From: Neocallimastix sp. 'constans'
Lineage: Eukaryota
Direction: 5' to 3'
Assembly (NCBI GenBank): GCA_050613775.1
Contig: JBODTK010000010.1
Coordinates: 1,116,001 to 1,180,000 of the forward strand
DNA: 64,000 nt
A program made the position numbers and the translations under genes. Position 1 is the stretch's first letter. Each line of letters opens with the position of its first letter. Under the pieces are notes generated by a model. The model made no database searches and had not been told where the DNA came from. It saw only the letters and a list, made by a program, of their open reading frames with translations. This document shows, piece by piece, positions 24,801 to 36,116 of the stretch.

Positions 24801-27139
24801 ATTCTGATGAAAATTTTTCTGATAATAAAAATTTTTCAAAAAATGAAGAAAATTCAATAAACAAAAACAAAAATTTTAATGAAACCTTATCGAATAATAA
24901 TTCTAATCAAGAGAAAAATTTTTCTGAAAATTCAAATATAAATAAGGTTAAAAATTCTAAAACTCAAAATAATAATAAAATTACTGATGAAGAAAAATTT
25001 TTTGATATTAACGACAAAACCTTATTTAATAAGAAATCCAATAATCAAGGAAAAGTTAATGAACAAACCAATATGTCTTCAAATAAATCTAATATAATTA
25101 AAGAAAATTTTAATAAAAATTTTTCTGAAACAAATATTAAAAATAATATATCTACCAGTACTACTGATAATATATCTAAATCCAAAAATTTTTCAAACCC
25201 AAATTATTATAATTTTCCTTCTTCTTCTCAAGAAAATACTATGTTTAATAGAAATAATATTATCTCTTCTTACATCGACAAAAAGTTCCCTTTTAATGGC
25301 AGAAGAAGTGTTAAAGAACTACATATAGATAACCAAAATTCTTTTAATACAAATTCATTCAATAGAATTAATTTACCTCATCATAGGAGCAATTTTCATT
25401 TCAAAAATAATAAAAATTTTGAAAATGGAAATATTGATTATTTATTTTCAAATAATCCTTTTAAAATTAAGAAAAATAATTATTTACATATTAAAAAACA
25501 GTTTAATTTTAAAAAACACGGAAGGTCACTTTCGGACGATTTAACACCTTCCCAATCACAAAAATTTCGTAGATCAAACTTTAATTCAAAAATTATTGCT
25601 ACTTTGGATAATTTTGTGCCCCAATCATTTTTCCAAGCCACAAATTGTAAAGACCACGTTCTATGGGAAAAAGCTATGGATAACGAACTGGATAATCTTT
25701 ATACTAATAAAATTATGACTTTTGTGAACAATATTCCAGATGGTAAGAAACCCATTCCTTCCAAATGGGTCTACGCTCTTAAGACTGATGGTCTTGGCCA
25801 TATTATTAAACATAAAGCTCGTTTTGTCGCTAAAGGTTTCTCTCAAAAATATGGCATTGATTATGAGTTGACTTTCTCTCCTACCCTTAATATCGATTGT
25901 TTAAAACTTCTTATCTCCTTAGCTGCTAAATTTAAATGGGACATTCTCCAATTAGATATCAAAGCTGCGTATCTCAACGCGGATTTAGACAAAGATATCT
26001 ATGTCAAAATTCCCCCTGGAGATCCTAACTTTGGGAGGGGATATTGGAAATTGAACAAAGCATTATACGGTTTAAAACAATCTGGCCGACAATGGTATAA
26101 TACCATCTCTAAATTTTTAATTGAACAAGGAATGGAGCAACTAAAATCTGAAAGTTGCGTTTTTAAGAAAATCGTAAATGGAAAATTAGTCTGTATAATT
26201 GGCTTATACGTAGACGATATGATTGTTACTGGAGAAAAGGAAGAAATTAACAAAATCTTCAATAAAATTAAAAACAAATTCAAGATCTCAAAATCTGGTC
26301 CAATAGACTACTTATTGGGAATTAAAGTTGAAAATAGAAATAACACTTATACATTATCTCAAACACAATTTATAGAAAATATTTTAAAAACATTTAATAT
26401 CAATAACAAAAGACTAAGAAAAACACCATGTGTTGGTGATAATACAATATCAGAAAATAACCAACCATTCAACAAAACAAAATATAAAAGTGCAATTGGT
26501 ATGTTAATTTATTTATCAAAATGTACCAGACCCGACATTGCATTTTCAGTCAACAAAGCTGCCAGAAATTCAGAAAATCCAACAGTATCTGACTGGCACA
26601 AAGTTATTGCAATATTACAATATTTAAAAAATACCAAAAATTACAAAATTAAATATGATGGCACTGGTAACATTGTAGGTTACACAGATTCAGACTTCGC
26701 TGGTGACGTTACTGACAGAAAATCAACATCAGGTAATATTATCTTAATGGGAAATAATCCAATATCCTGGACCTCGAAAAAACAGTCAGTTGTCGCCACA
26801 TCAACAGCAGAAGCTGAATACATAAGTGCGTCAGTATGTATCAAGAAATTATTAAGAATTAAAAATATATTATACGAATTACTCAAATTTAATAAACCAC
26901 TAACATTATTCACAGACAATAATGCAAGTAAAATTTCAATGGAAAATGGAGAATTAAATCCAAAATTAAAACATATTTCAATTAAATATCACTTTAATAG
27001 AGACAATATTGAGAAAAATTTAATTAAATTAAAATATATCAGTACTGATAAAATGCTAGCTGACACATTAACAAAATGTGTAAATGGTACTAAAATGACA
27101 ACCTTTGCAAATCAAATTTTCATTACAAATGAAAACTGA
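21857..27139 (+). CDS. Copia Gag-Pol polyprotein, single uninterrupted ORF (1760 aa)
   Basis: Zn knuckle CEICERRGHSTKEC; protease WLYDSGAGEHI; integrase WHRRLGH...CDDC, HSD...SDNAKEY...NGLCER; RT LDIKAAYL, LYGLKQSGRQW, YVDD; RNase H TDSDFAG, TAEAEY, TDN, ADTLTK. Confidence 0.97.
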   Translation: MSDFIPFKKEAILNGKNFNIWYDNLTDILEKGDLAEYLTKDILEEAKRDNTKKEEEIKEIKKTNTKVRYIIKNTINSKIHEDIIGMNTPYAIINYLREEYKLSENDMTQWISKLKNVKAEKETEIPSAIKEIFKLFNGMNSSGNIISEKEKVKYLLRALPKSYKMKLTLNGNETAEELKTTIVKDINTWLYVDEQTDKDQRSYDPMDIDYAGKLGYKNRKNLKNKNNNKNFSKKGNPSKQNNKEKFNNNKYNNNNKYCEICERRGHSTKECRYNPRNPNGLYNKYYIQDEQKLNNYHTNNNWHNGRPIRYINLNDENNENISYDDIKPMFYKYYNPKSKGKYVDDDDSDEYQESEKSNCFINYDKEDVKNEVLIKNNIITRVENKLNLANEIFINNINKKEINTNNTNEIFNINYNKKETSEWLYDSGAGEHITNDLSLLKNFKKEKIKLRCANNTYCYFEGHGEFEFTINNYHFKFNKVLYSKEVAKNIISGIEWAKQDVKTLTEKDKHNNIILRILDNNYNIIATFQANNNNEVKIVVTHFNIENERNNKNNLMAIQNFRNAEELTWHRRLGHFYQEDLKNYLNNHEINLDKCDDCKIAKMKRNPHNKTPPRTKEILEVIHSDIIGPINTSYTGKRFILTILDEASRKSWVFIMKSKSEATDIIINTLRMLNNKYKDHKIKVFKSDNAKEYKNKKIDSFCNENGIEKVFSPPYNPENNGLCERFNLTIVSCAKTLLYWSGLSENFWDFAILYANYIYNKVPHSGIHNKIPDEIFYKNKVKINHIKVFGCITFYIDRSQNKSKFSPNSKKGIFLGFSEKTNSYIIMDFNDNSIHYCREIYCLEDTPANVKLANNKSNQYGDQEFLTFDFYFSKNLPDSSGGENHKAGNHSSKPSENKFNNNNKENSKNTKENYSSLPITNNDDLQENLNKDNSPKRDKGKSPETEDSNDTNINNNIGKDKEIKIAEEETQNYKNQENFKNHSDENFSDNKNFSKNEENSINKNKNFNETLSNNNSNQEKNFSENSNINKVKNSKTQNNNKITDEEKFFDINDKTLFNKKSNNQGKVNEQTNMSSNKSNIIKENFNKNFSETNIKNNISTSTTDNISKSKNFSNPNYYNFPSSSQENTMFNRNNIISSYIDKKFPFNGRRSVKELHIDNQNSFNTNSFNRINLPHHRSNFHFKNNKNFENGNIDYLFSNNPFKIKKNNYLHIKKQFNFKKHGRSLSDDLTPSQSQKFRRSNFNSKIIATLDNFVPQSFFQATNCKDHVLWEKAMDNELDNLYTNKIMTFVNNIPDGKKPIPSKWVYALKTDGLGHIIKHKARFVAKGFSQKYGIDYELTFSPTLNIDCLKLLISLAAKFKWDILQLDIKAAYLNADLDKDIYVKIPPGDPNFGRGYWKLNKALYGLKQSGRQWYNTISKFLIEQGMEQLKSESCVFKKIVNGKLVCIIGLYVDDMIVTGEKEEINKIFNKIKNKFKISKSGPIDYLLGIKVENRNNTYTLSQTQFIENILKTFNINNKRLRKTPCVGDNTISENNQPFNKTKYKSAIGMLIYLSKCTRPDIAFSVNKAARNSENPTVSDWHKVIAILQYLKNTKNYKIKYDGTGNIVGYTDSDFAGDVTDRKSTSGNIILMGNNPISWTSKKQSVVATSTAEAEYISASVCIKKLLRIKNILYELLKFNKPLTLFTDNNASKISMENGELNPKLKHISIKYHFNRDNIEKNLIKLKYISTDKMLADTLTKCVNGTKMTTFANQIFITNEN

Positions 27140-27666
27140 TTTGAGGGGGAGTGTTAAAGTATTAAATAATATAAATAAATAAACTTAATAATTTAGGTTT
27201 ATAATTAAATAATAGAAAATATAAATCATAAATATTTATGTAAAAAACTAAACTTAAAATGTAAATTAACATTATTTATGTTAATACATAATTAAATGTA
27301 AATCATTAAATTTATCATGCGCATGTAAATAATCTCTTTATTCTTGTTTATTCACGTGAAATAATAATATAGTTTATATAAAAATAATTGTTTATTTTAT
27401 AGACGAAAATTTGCGACTTTCGTCAATAAGTAATTTTATAATAAATAAATAAATGTATAAATAATTAATAATTAAATAAATTCCTTTAATATTTATAATT
27501 ATTTTAAAAAAAATATAAAAATAATATTCTTCGAAAATAAAATATTTTTAAAATATTTTTTAGAAAATGGATGTAATGATTTCAGAAAGTTGCATTATTC
27601 AATGTGGCGTTCCTATTGTTATAATATTATACCATAAATTTTTTTATATATTTTTTAATACAATTA

Positions 27667-27757
<91 letters not shown>

Positions 27758-27899
27758 ATTATGATCAAGTTCAGATATAAATAAAACTGTATTATTTATT
27801 TTCTTAATTACTTTACAACAAAAAAGACTGAATAATTAATTTAACTTTAAATAATAAAAATAACAAATTATTAATAAAAAATAATATAATTATTAAACA

Positions 27900-28600
27900 A
27901 TGATAATTTTAAATAATATATTTTATTTAATATTATGTATTGAGATGACTTGTATGATTTATGGATATCAAATGATAGGATGATAGGACCGATTAGTAAG
28001 AATGAAGTTTTGAAAATTCGTAATAAATATTATCTTAGATTTTTTTGTAAAAACGACATTTGTATGCAATATAAACCAGGTTATAATTATATTAAAATTC
28101 CAGATGTAAATGGAAATGAGATTGAATATATTATAGATATGTGTTCTAGATCTGATATAGAAAGTAATAATTGTGTAACCGTTAGATATTGTAATAAAGA
28201 TTCAGAGTGTTTATACAATGAATGTTTTATTAGACCTGATTTATCTAAACAATACGGACATGCAACTGGAATTTGCACATTTACTAATAATACGGAAATA
28301 AGTCATTGCGATGTTATTTATAGCCCTACAAGATGGTTTAAGAGTTATAGTGGATATATGTATTGTGGTAAAGGCTATGAAATTTCTTGCAAAACAAATT
28401 TAGAATGTTCATCTCAATCATGTAGTAATGGTAAATTTTCATGGCAATATGTCAATGGCCCTCAAGAAGGCGAAGGATTGACATATGGGGTAGTTTATCT
28501 TGGTATTATTGTTATTATTGGTATTATAATAAGTTGTGTATGTTGTTGTTGCATAGCATTTAAAAATCGTAAAAGAAACAAGATGCAGTATTTAGAATAG
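27900..28600 (+). pseudogene. Cys-rich single-pass membrane protein gene, frameshifted by an 8-bp tandem duplication
   Basis: ATG 27900 gives hydrophobic leader MIILNNIFYLILCIEMTCMIYGYQMIG then TGA; ATGATAGG is duplicated at 27972-27987; removing one copy fuses the leader to PISKNEVL...CNKDSECLYNEC...TM (VVYLGIIVIIGIIISCVCCCC)-KNRKRNK. Confidence 0.7.
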
Positions 28601-30482
28601 AAATAATGTTGTTTTTTAAATAATGATATAAAATATTATATCTAAAGTTAAAAGTAGTAAAAAACCTAACTACAATTTAATGCTTCAAACCCAGAATTGT
28701 ATTCTAACTTTAAATATTTTATTTTAAGTTTCAAATAAATCAATATTAACCGTATGTTTATTAATATATTAAATAATGTAACATATATATATTATTATTA
28801 ATTATTTTTAAAAACTTTATTTAAACTTGTAATATATAAATTTAATAATAATAAAGTATTAAAAAAATTTTTTTTTTTAAAATAAAAATTATAAAAAGTA
28901 ATAATTCAAAATATAGAACAAGACATTCTAATATTTCTAGGTTCTACAATAATTCTAGGATTACAATAATACAACACCAATACGTAGTTTGTTACACATA
29001 TTCTGAAAACAATTCAAATCATAAAACAAAACATTCTTAGCTTCCGAAAAACTAGAAACCAATAGATTTAAAAAAAAATTGTATTTCTAAAACTATTTCT
29101 AGCTTGTTGTATATAGGTTGATATTATAAACCAATACAACCAATATATCATAAAAACAACAGAATATAATTGTAGAAATATATCCTATCATAAAACTACA
29201 TCTCGTTTATCATAAAATATTCATAAAACTAACATCCAATATTTGTTACAAACAACACATAACATAAAATTTAGATTCAATATCCAAATTCATAAAATAT
29301 TCAATGACCTATCATATTATACAACAACCAAAATAATATATTACATAGTATTTTATTCACTAATATCATACATACCAATATATATTTTACAAATACCATA
29401 TATACAATCCCAGTTATGTAATACAACCATATATCAGATAAATAAAACAATCCCAATATAATATAACAAATATTGTTTTAAAAATACCACAATAAATAAA
29501 ATAACAAATATTGTTTTTATATTTTTTTAAATAGGGAATTTTAAGAATTATAACTGGAGTTTATTATTTTAATAGAATATATTTGTTATATCTGGTATAT
29601 GTAATATTGATTTAAAAAACTAGAATAAGTTGTATTATTGGGGTGATTCTATGTTATGTTTTATATTATTTGTTTGTTTTTTTTTTATTTTAACTGGAGA
29701 TGTTGTTATAACTGCTACTATGATAAACTACAATTATATGCGTTGTTATTATTATTAAATAGAGTTGTATTATTGGTGGGTTTTAGTTTTTATGTGTTGT
29801 TACGTTATGTTATATTATGAGTTTTTATGTTTTTGATAATAAGTATATTAATGTACTGTAACTGTTATTTTAAAATGTGAAGTGATATTTGATAATAAGT
29901 TGTTTATGTATAAGTGTTAAATGTATTTTATTTAACAAATCCGTTGGATTATAGTTGATAAGTTGTTATAACCAGTATTTTAAACTAATATTAATCAAGT
30001 AGTATATTTATGGGTATGTTAGAATTATCGTTTTTACATATGTTGTTATATTATTTAACAAAACATAATTAAACTATTTTTGAATAGATTGTATATATAT
30101 GATTATATGTTATGTTATGACAAAATAAATATTATATTTGGTAAATTGTTAGTATTATTGTTAATCTGTTATGTATAACAAATATCCTGTTATTTTTTTG
30201 GACTGATATATATGTTATATTGATGTTGATTTTAATAACTGATACTGTTAATATTTTGACAAACTAATTGTTGATGAAAATATTTTTTCTTTTTTTAAAC
30301 ATTATAAATTAAAATATTTATTTAAAAGATTTTTAACAATAGCATATATAATTAAATATATTTATTTAGATGTTTAATTAAAATATTTTATTATAAATGG
30401 AGGAAAATATTAAGTATTGAAAAAATGTGAAACTAATCGATAAATTATTATTACCAAAAAATATAAATTTAATTTTTCATTT

Positions 30483-30528
<46 letters not shown>

Positions 30529-30971
30529 TAATTCTAAATTATATAGATGTATTGAATATAAAACACTAAATAAATGCAACTCTTTTATATTTTAAAATTT
30601 CCTTTTTATCTTTTAAAATAATTAAAGTTTATATAATCATCTTGAAAGAGAATTTGATACATCTATATCAATTGTAAAATATAAAATTAAAGATGAAATT
30701 AGAAAAAGTTCAATTTCTTTAGGTATAAAATTATTAAACATGAAGATTAAAAAAAATATTTTTTTATATTTTTAAGAATACTTTAAGAATTTTTTAATAT
30801 TTTTAAGAATATTGAAAGAATACTTAAAGAATATTTTTTTATATTTTTAAGATATAAAAACCTTTTTAATTTTTAAATTTTTGTTTTCTTTTATTTTAAA
30901 TATTTTTTATCTATTTCAAGAATATATATATATTCTATTTAAATATATATATAATGAAAATATAAAAAAGA

Positions 30972-31245
30972 AATGTGATGTATTTCTCAATTGTGCATTT
31001 TGCAATGTGGCTTATAAAACTTTTAAAATTAAGCCATACATTTAATTTAATAAAAGAAAAATAATTTATTTTTATAATTAAATTTAATTATTTTAAAATA
31101 AATAATAATATATTCTATTAAAAAAGAATAATAAAAAATTATTTTTTTTATAAAAAATTACTTTTATTATTGAATATTATTAATTTAATTATTAAAAAAT
31201 AAGTCACATACGAAAATACGTCACATTGTGAAATGCATTATCCCC
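30972..31245. mobile_element. Decayed Mutator-like MITE
   Basis: TGCATTTTGCAATGTGGC / GTCACATTGTGAAATGCATTATCCCC inverted ends; 9-bp flanking direct repeat TAAAAAAGA (30963-30971, 31246-31254). Confidence 0.55.
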
Positions 31246-32101
31246 TAAAAAAGAATAAAAAAAAAAAAAAAAATCTTTAATCCTGACTTGACATTATTTA
31301 TCAAAATTATTTATTTATTAACTTGTTTATTAAAAATTTAAAAAGCCACATTTTCCGAAATGCAATTTTGTGAAATGAAACATATCCTTTAGAAATATTT
31401 AATAATAAAGATATTTTTTTATATTTTTTTTTCTTTTTTAAAAAAAATATTTAAACTTTATATAGTTATGGTTTTTTAATAATGGATTTTTAATAAAGAA
31501 TAATTTTATTTGTCAGTGATAATTACTATATAATTCTGATAATTTTTTTTTTTTTATCATTTTTTACAAATCAGTATTTATATTATTTAAATTAAACATA
31601 TAAACCACAATTCAACAATATCATTTCTAGGTCTTTCATTTTTCATTACTAGTTAATTTAGATTCTATAGTTTAGTATTTTTCAATTAAAATATTGATTT
31701 TATCAGTCCTTCCTAATACTTTCTTTTTTTTTTTGTTTTTTTTTTTATCAAAATTTTCAACTTTTTTCTTAGATAATTATTATAAGATAAAAAATCCTCT
31801 TTTATTTTATACACATATATTAATTTACAAAAAGAAAAAAATTTTTTTTTTTATTTTGGGAAATATATTTTTAAAAAAAAAAAAAAAATATATCCTAAAA
31901 ATTTCAAAAATTGTTCATTATTATTTAATATTTATATTACTTCCCTATTTATTTTATTTTATCTTATTTTATTTTATTTTATTTTAACTATTCACAATAT
32001 CAACGGTGGCTAAAATAATATTTATATTTTATAATTTGTATTATATATATTATATAAATGATACCTTTATATTGTGCTATCTAAATAACAAAAAGTTTTA
32101 A

Positions 32102-32135
<34 letters not shown>

Positions 32136-32596
32136 AAATACATAAATAAAAATAAATAAATAAATAAAAAAGAAGGGAAGTTAAATATAATTGATAAATT
32201 ATTTAATAAATAGAGGTCTAATTATTTAATTTGGTTTCATATGTTTCTTTCTGTTTAATATTTTAATTATTAATAAATCTATTTTTTTTTTTAAAAAAAT
32301 AAAAAAAAAATTATATTTAGTAAAAGGAAAAATATTTAAAATCTAACTTTTTAAAAATCATTACATTTTATACTCACATAAATAAAATATATTAAAACTA
32401 TTATCTATTATAAAGATTTAATGACAATAGCAATAATATAATATATATATTATTTAGTTAGCCTAATTTTAATATATATATATGTTTTAATTTTATATTT
32501 TTTTTCAGCAATGTTTTTAAAATTTGGAAATACTATATTTTCTGAAAAACAATAATTCCTTTTTTTAAGTAATTTGCTAAAATTATAGTTATTACT

Positions 32597-32648
<52 letters not shown>

Positions 32649-32813
32649 CCACATATATATATATGCTTTCATAATTTATACCAATTTCCATTTTAAGAAT
32701 ATATATAAAAAAATTAAATTATATATATATATATATATATATAATGAATAAAACAAAACAAACAAAATATGAAAGAACCATATAATTACTTATTATATTA
32801 TTATTTATTATTA

Positions 32814-32958
<145 letters not shown>

Positions 32959-33335
32959 TGTTTTTGTTTATAATTCAATAATTTTTAATTAATGATATTT
33001 TTACTATTTTAATTCTTAAATCTATAATCATTTTTTATAAATATATTTAATATGACATATTAAATTTCATATAATAAAAAAAAAAATATATATATATATA
33101 TATAATTATAGTAATCCATTATAATATTTCATAATATATATATAATTTCACCCTAAAATTGTAATAATTTCATGTATATTTTTTTAAAAAAATAATTTTA
33201 TTTAATTTATTCTATATATTTATTTGTAATTAATTCATTTAATAAATAAAAAAAATATATTTTCTAATAATTTTCTACAGTTAAATATTACTTAATTTTT
33301 CTTTATATATATATATAATTTCTTTTTTAATTAAT

Positions 33336-34753
33336 TTAAATACTAATCATTTGAATGAAGGCATTCCTTATGGATTCATTTTTTTCTCTTATACCATTTG
33401 GAACACCGTCATGATCTAAACCTTCAAGGAAAATGTATTGAATATTAACACTTGGACAAACACGTTTCATTTCTTCCATTAATGAATTAGCAGAAGTTTC
33501 TGCAATGTCAACATCTAATGAAGAATATATAATGTTGAATTTTTCAACATTGAAAGAAGAAACACTGTTATCACCATAATCTTTCAAAAGATCTACTGGA
33601 CAATTATCTTTAATACCAAGAACAGCTAAAGCTATTTTCATTCAATTTTTTTTTTTTTTTTTAAATAAAAAAAAAAATATATTAATTAATATATTATTAT
33701 TCAAATAAAGTTTATTTCTTATTTAATTTATACTATATACTTACAAACTTCTTTCAAAAAGTTTTTTGAAGCTTCAATGCTTTCATTAGTCACCGTTTGT
33801 AATAAAGATTCATTATATTCATATGGACCATTTATTCTTATATATATAATATATTAATATCAATTTAATAATTTAATAAATTAAAATATTAAACATAATT
33901 AATATAAAAATGTTATATTTTTTACGGTATTATCCTTTAATAAATATATAATATATGTATGAAAATATTTACAAAACTGCACGCTTAATTTCCGGAAGTG
34001 GAGCCAATGAAACATTATTATTCTTTCTGACAAGAGATGCCTTAAGAATGGTTAAAATTAATAAGTGAGCACTAGAAGATTGACCTACAACGGTAATATT
34101 ACTAGAATCTCCACCATATTGGTCAATATTATCAAAAGTCCATTTTATGGAATCATAAAAATCACTAACGATATCATCAATTTGAGCAGCTGGATAAAGA
34201 ACAAAGTTTGGAACCACAGTTACATAATTTTTTTCATGAAGTAATAATGCTGAACTAACACAGTTTATCTTATCTTCATTAAACCAGGATCCACCATGGA
34301 ATTGAATGACAACAGGCTTCTTGTCATTGGTATTATTTGGATCATAGTAGACATCAAGATTACTTCTATCATTGTAGTTTACATCACGACTTTTATTTTT
34401 ATGAAAAAGATAAAAAAAATAATAGTAATATTATTTTTACGATTAGTATTTTAAAAAATTTATAAAGTTCAATCTATACGTATAATATTAATTGATTATT
34501 AAATTTCATGATGAACCTATAATAATCTTTTTTTTTTCTTTTTAACTTCAAATATTATATATATTTTATATATTTTAAAAAATAAAATAATAATTAATAA
34601 TTATTATAGGACTTACGCTATACAATCAGCACTTCCATATTCAACAATATCTTCCGTAATTTCTTCAATTTCCTCGATTTTTACACTTGCAACATTAGCT
34701 TTAATAGTTATAATTAAACTAGCAATTAAAATAATTCCCTTCAAAATTTTCAT
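33336..34753 (-). CDS. Secreted alpha/beta-hydrolase (HSL / BD-FAE-like esterase), 4 exons, ~313 aa
   Basis: Exons 34617-34753, 33973-34389, 33745-33836, 33336-33631 (GT-AG, 942 nt in frame); signal peptide MKILKGIILIASLITIKA; LDVY, PVVIQFHGGSW, YGGDSSNITVVGQSSSAHL, C-terminal LDH. Confidence 0.85.
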
Positions 34754-35208
34754 TTTCTTTTCTTTTTTTTTTTTTTAACTATTAATTTTATATTCTTATT
34801 ATTCTATATATTATTATTAAAAGTTTTGTTTTATCTTTTTTTCTTTTTTTTTTTTAAGAAATTAAAAAAAAATTAATATTATTCCTTTTCTTTTTTTTTT
34901 TTTTTTTTATGCTTTTTATATATTTTGTAAAATTATATGATTACCTTTACTATAAAATGATAATTATGTAATTTCTATTATTATTTAATTTACATGTTTT
35001 ATAATAATAAATATTTATAATTACTATATTTTTATTTGTTAATTAATTAATCATTATTAATTACAACTTTAAAAAATAATCATTTAATAATTAAATAATC
35101 AATATATAAAATAATATAAAAAGTCTTAAACTTTAATTATAATAAGTATCTTAATAACAATTTGATATAATGAATTTAATTAAACTAATTTATATTAATT
35201 CATTTAAA

Positions 35209-35269
<61 letters not shown>

Positions 35270-35504
35270 CATATTAATTTTCCTTTATATTCATGACCTA
35301 TAAAGAATACATCATTCATCATTTTTCTTTAAAATTAAAAACAATTATTATTATAGTAATAAATAGTATAATTCAACTATTAAATTAATTAGCATTTTAA
35401 TAAAAAACTAACAAATTTAAGGAAAAACTAAAAATTTTTAAAATTATTCTTCCTTTATTTTTCCAAAGATATAAAAAAATAAATTAAAAATTAAAAATAT
35501 TTAA

Positions 35505-35605
35505 ATAATTAAAAAATTAAATAAATAATTAAAAAATTAAATAAATAATTAAAAAATTAAATAAATAATTAAAAAATTAAATAAATAATTAAAAAATTAA
35601 ATAAA
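35505..35605. repeat. 20-bp tandem repeat (AATAATTAAAAAATTAAATA) x~5
   Basis: Direct reading. Confidence 0.8.
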
Positions 35606-35714
35606 AATAAAAAATAATTATTAATTGTTTATAAATGATGGTAATAATATTAGTAAGATTTTCATTTTTATTATTATTATTAGCATTATTATTGTTATTA
35701 TTATTATTATCATT

Positions 35715-35822
<108 letters not shown>

Positions 35823-35926
35823 TTATTATTATTATTCATTATTATTATTATTATTCATTATTATTATTATTATTATTATTATTCATTATTATTATTATCA
35901 TCATCATCATTATCATTATTATTATT

Positions 35927-36004
<78 letters not shown>

Positions 36005-36021
36005 TAATTACATCATTTTTC

Positions 36022-36116
36022 TTTATTACTGTTTCATTGCTTAATTTTATAAAGCATAATTGAAATATGAATTTTCAATTATGCTTTATAAAATTAAGCA
36101 ATGAAACAGTAATAAA
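36022..36116. repeat. Perfect 44-bp inverted repeat with 7-nt loop
   Basis: 36022-36065 is the exact reverse complement of 36073-36116; loop TATGAAT. Confidence 0.95.

Larger units (their letters stand above)
21447..27491 (+). mobile_element. Ty1/Copia LTR retrotransposon; 3' LTR 27152-27491, 5' LTR matching only over 21447-21669
   Basis: 223-bp identical direct repeats (21447-21669 = 27269-27491); PPT TTGAGGGGGAG immediately before TGTTAAAG at 27152; PBS right after the 5' LTR; domain order gag-PR-IN-RT-RH. Confidence 0.95.
27569..31387. mobile_element. Candidate non-autonomous Mutator-like element (Pack-MULE) enclosing the Cys-rich gene
   Basis: Left end GGATGTAATGATTTCAGAAAGTTGCATTATTCAATGTGGC versus reverse complement of right end GGATATGTTTCATTTCACAAAATTGCATTTCGGAAAATGTGGC; flanks TTTAGAAAAT / TTTAGAAAT. 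Confidence 0.4.
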
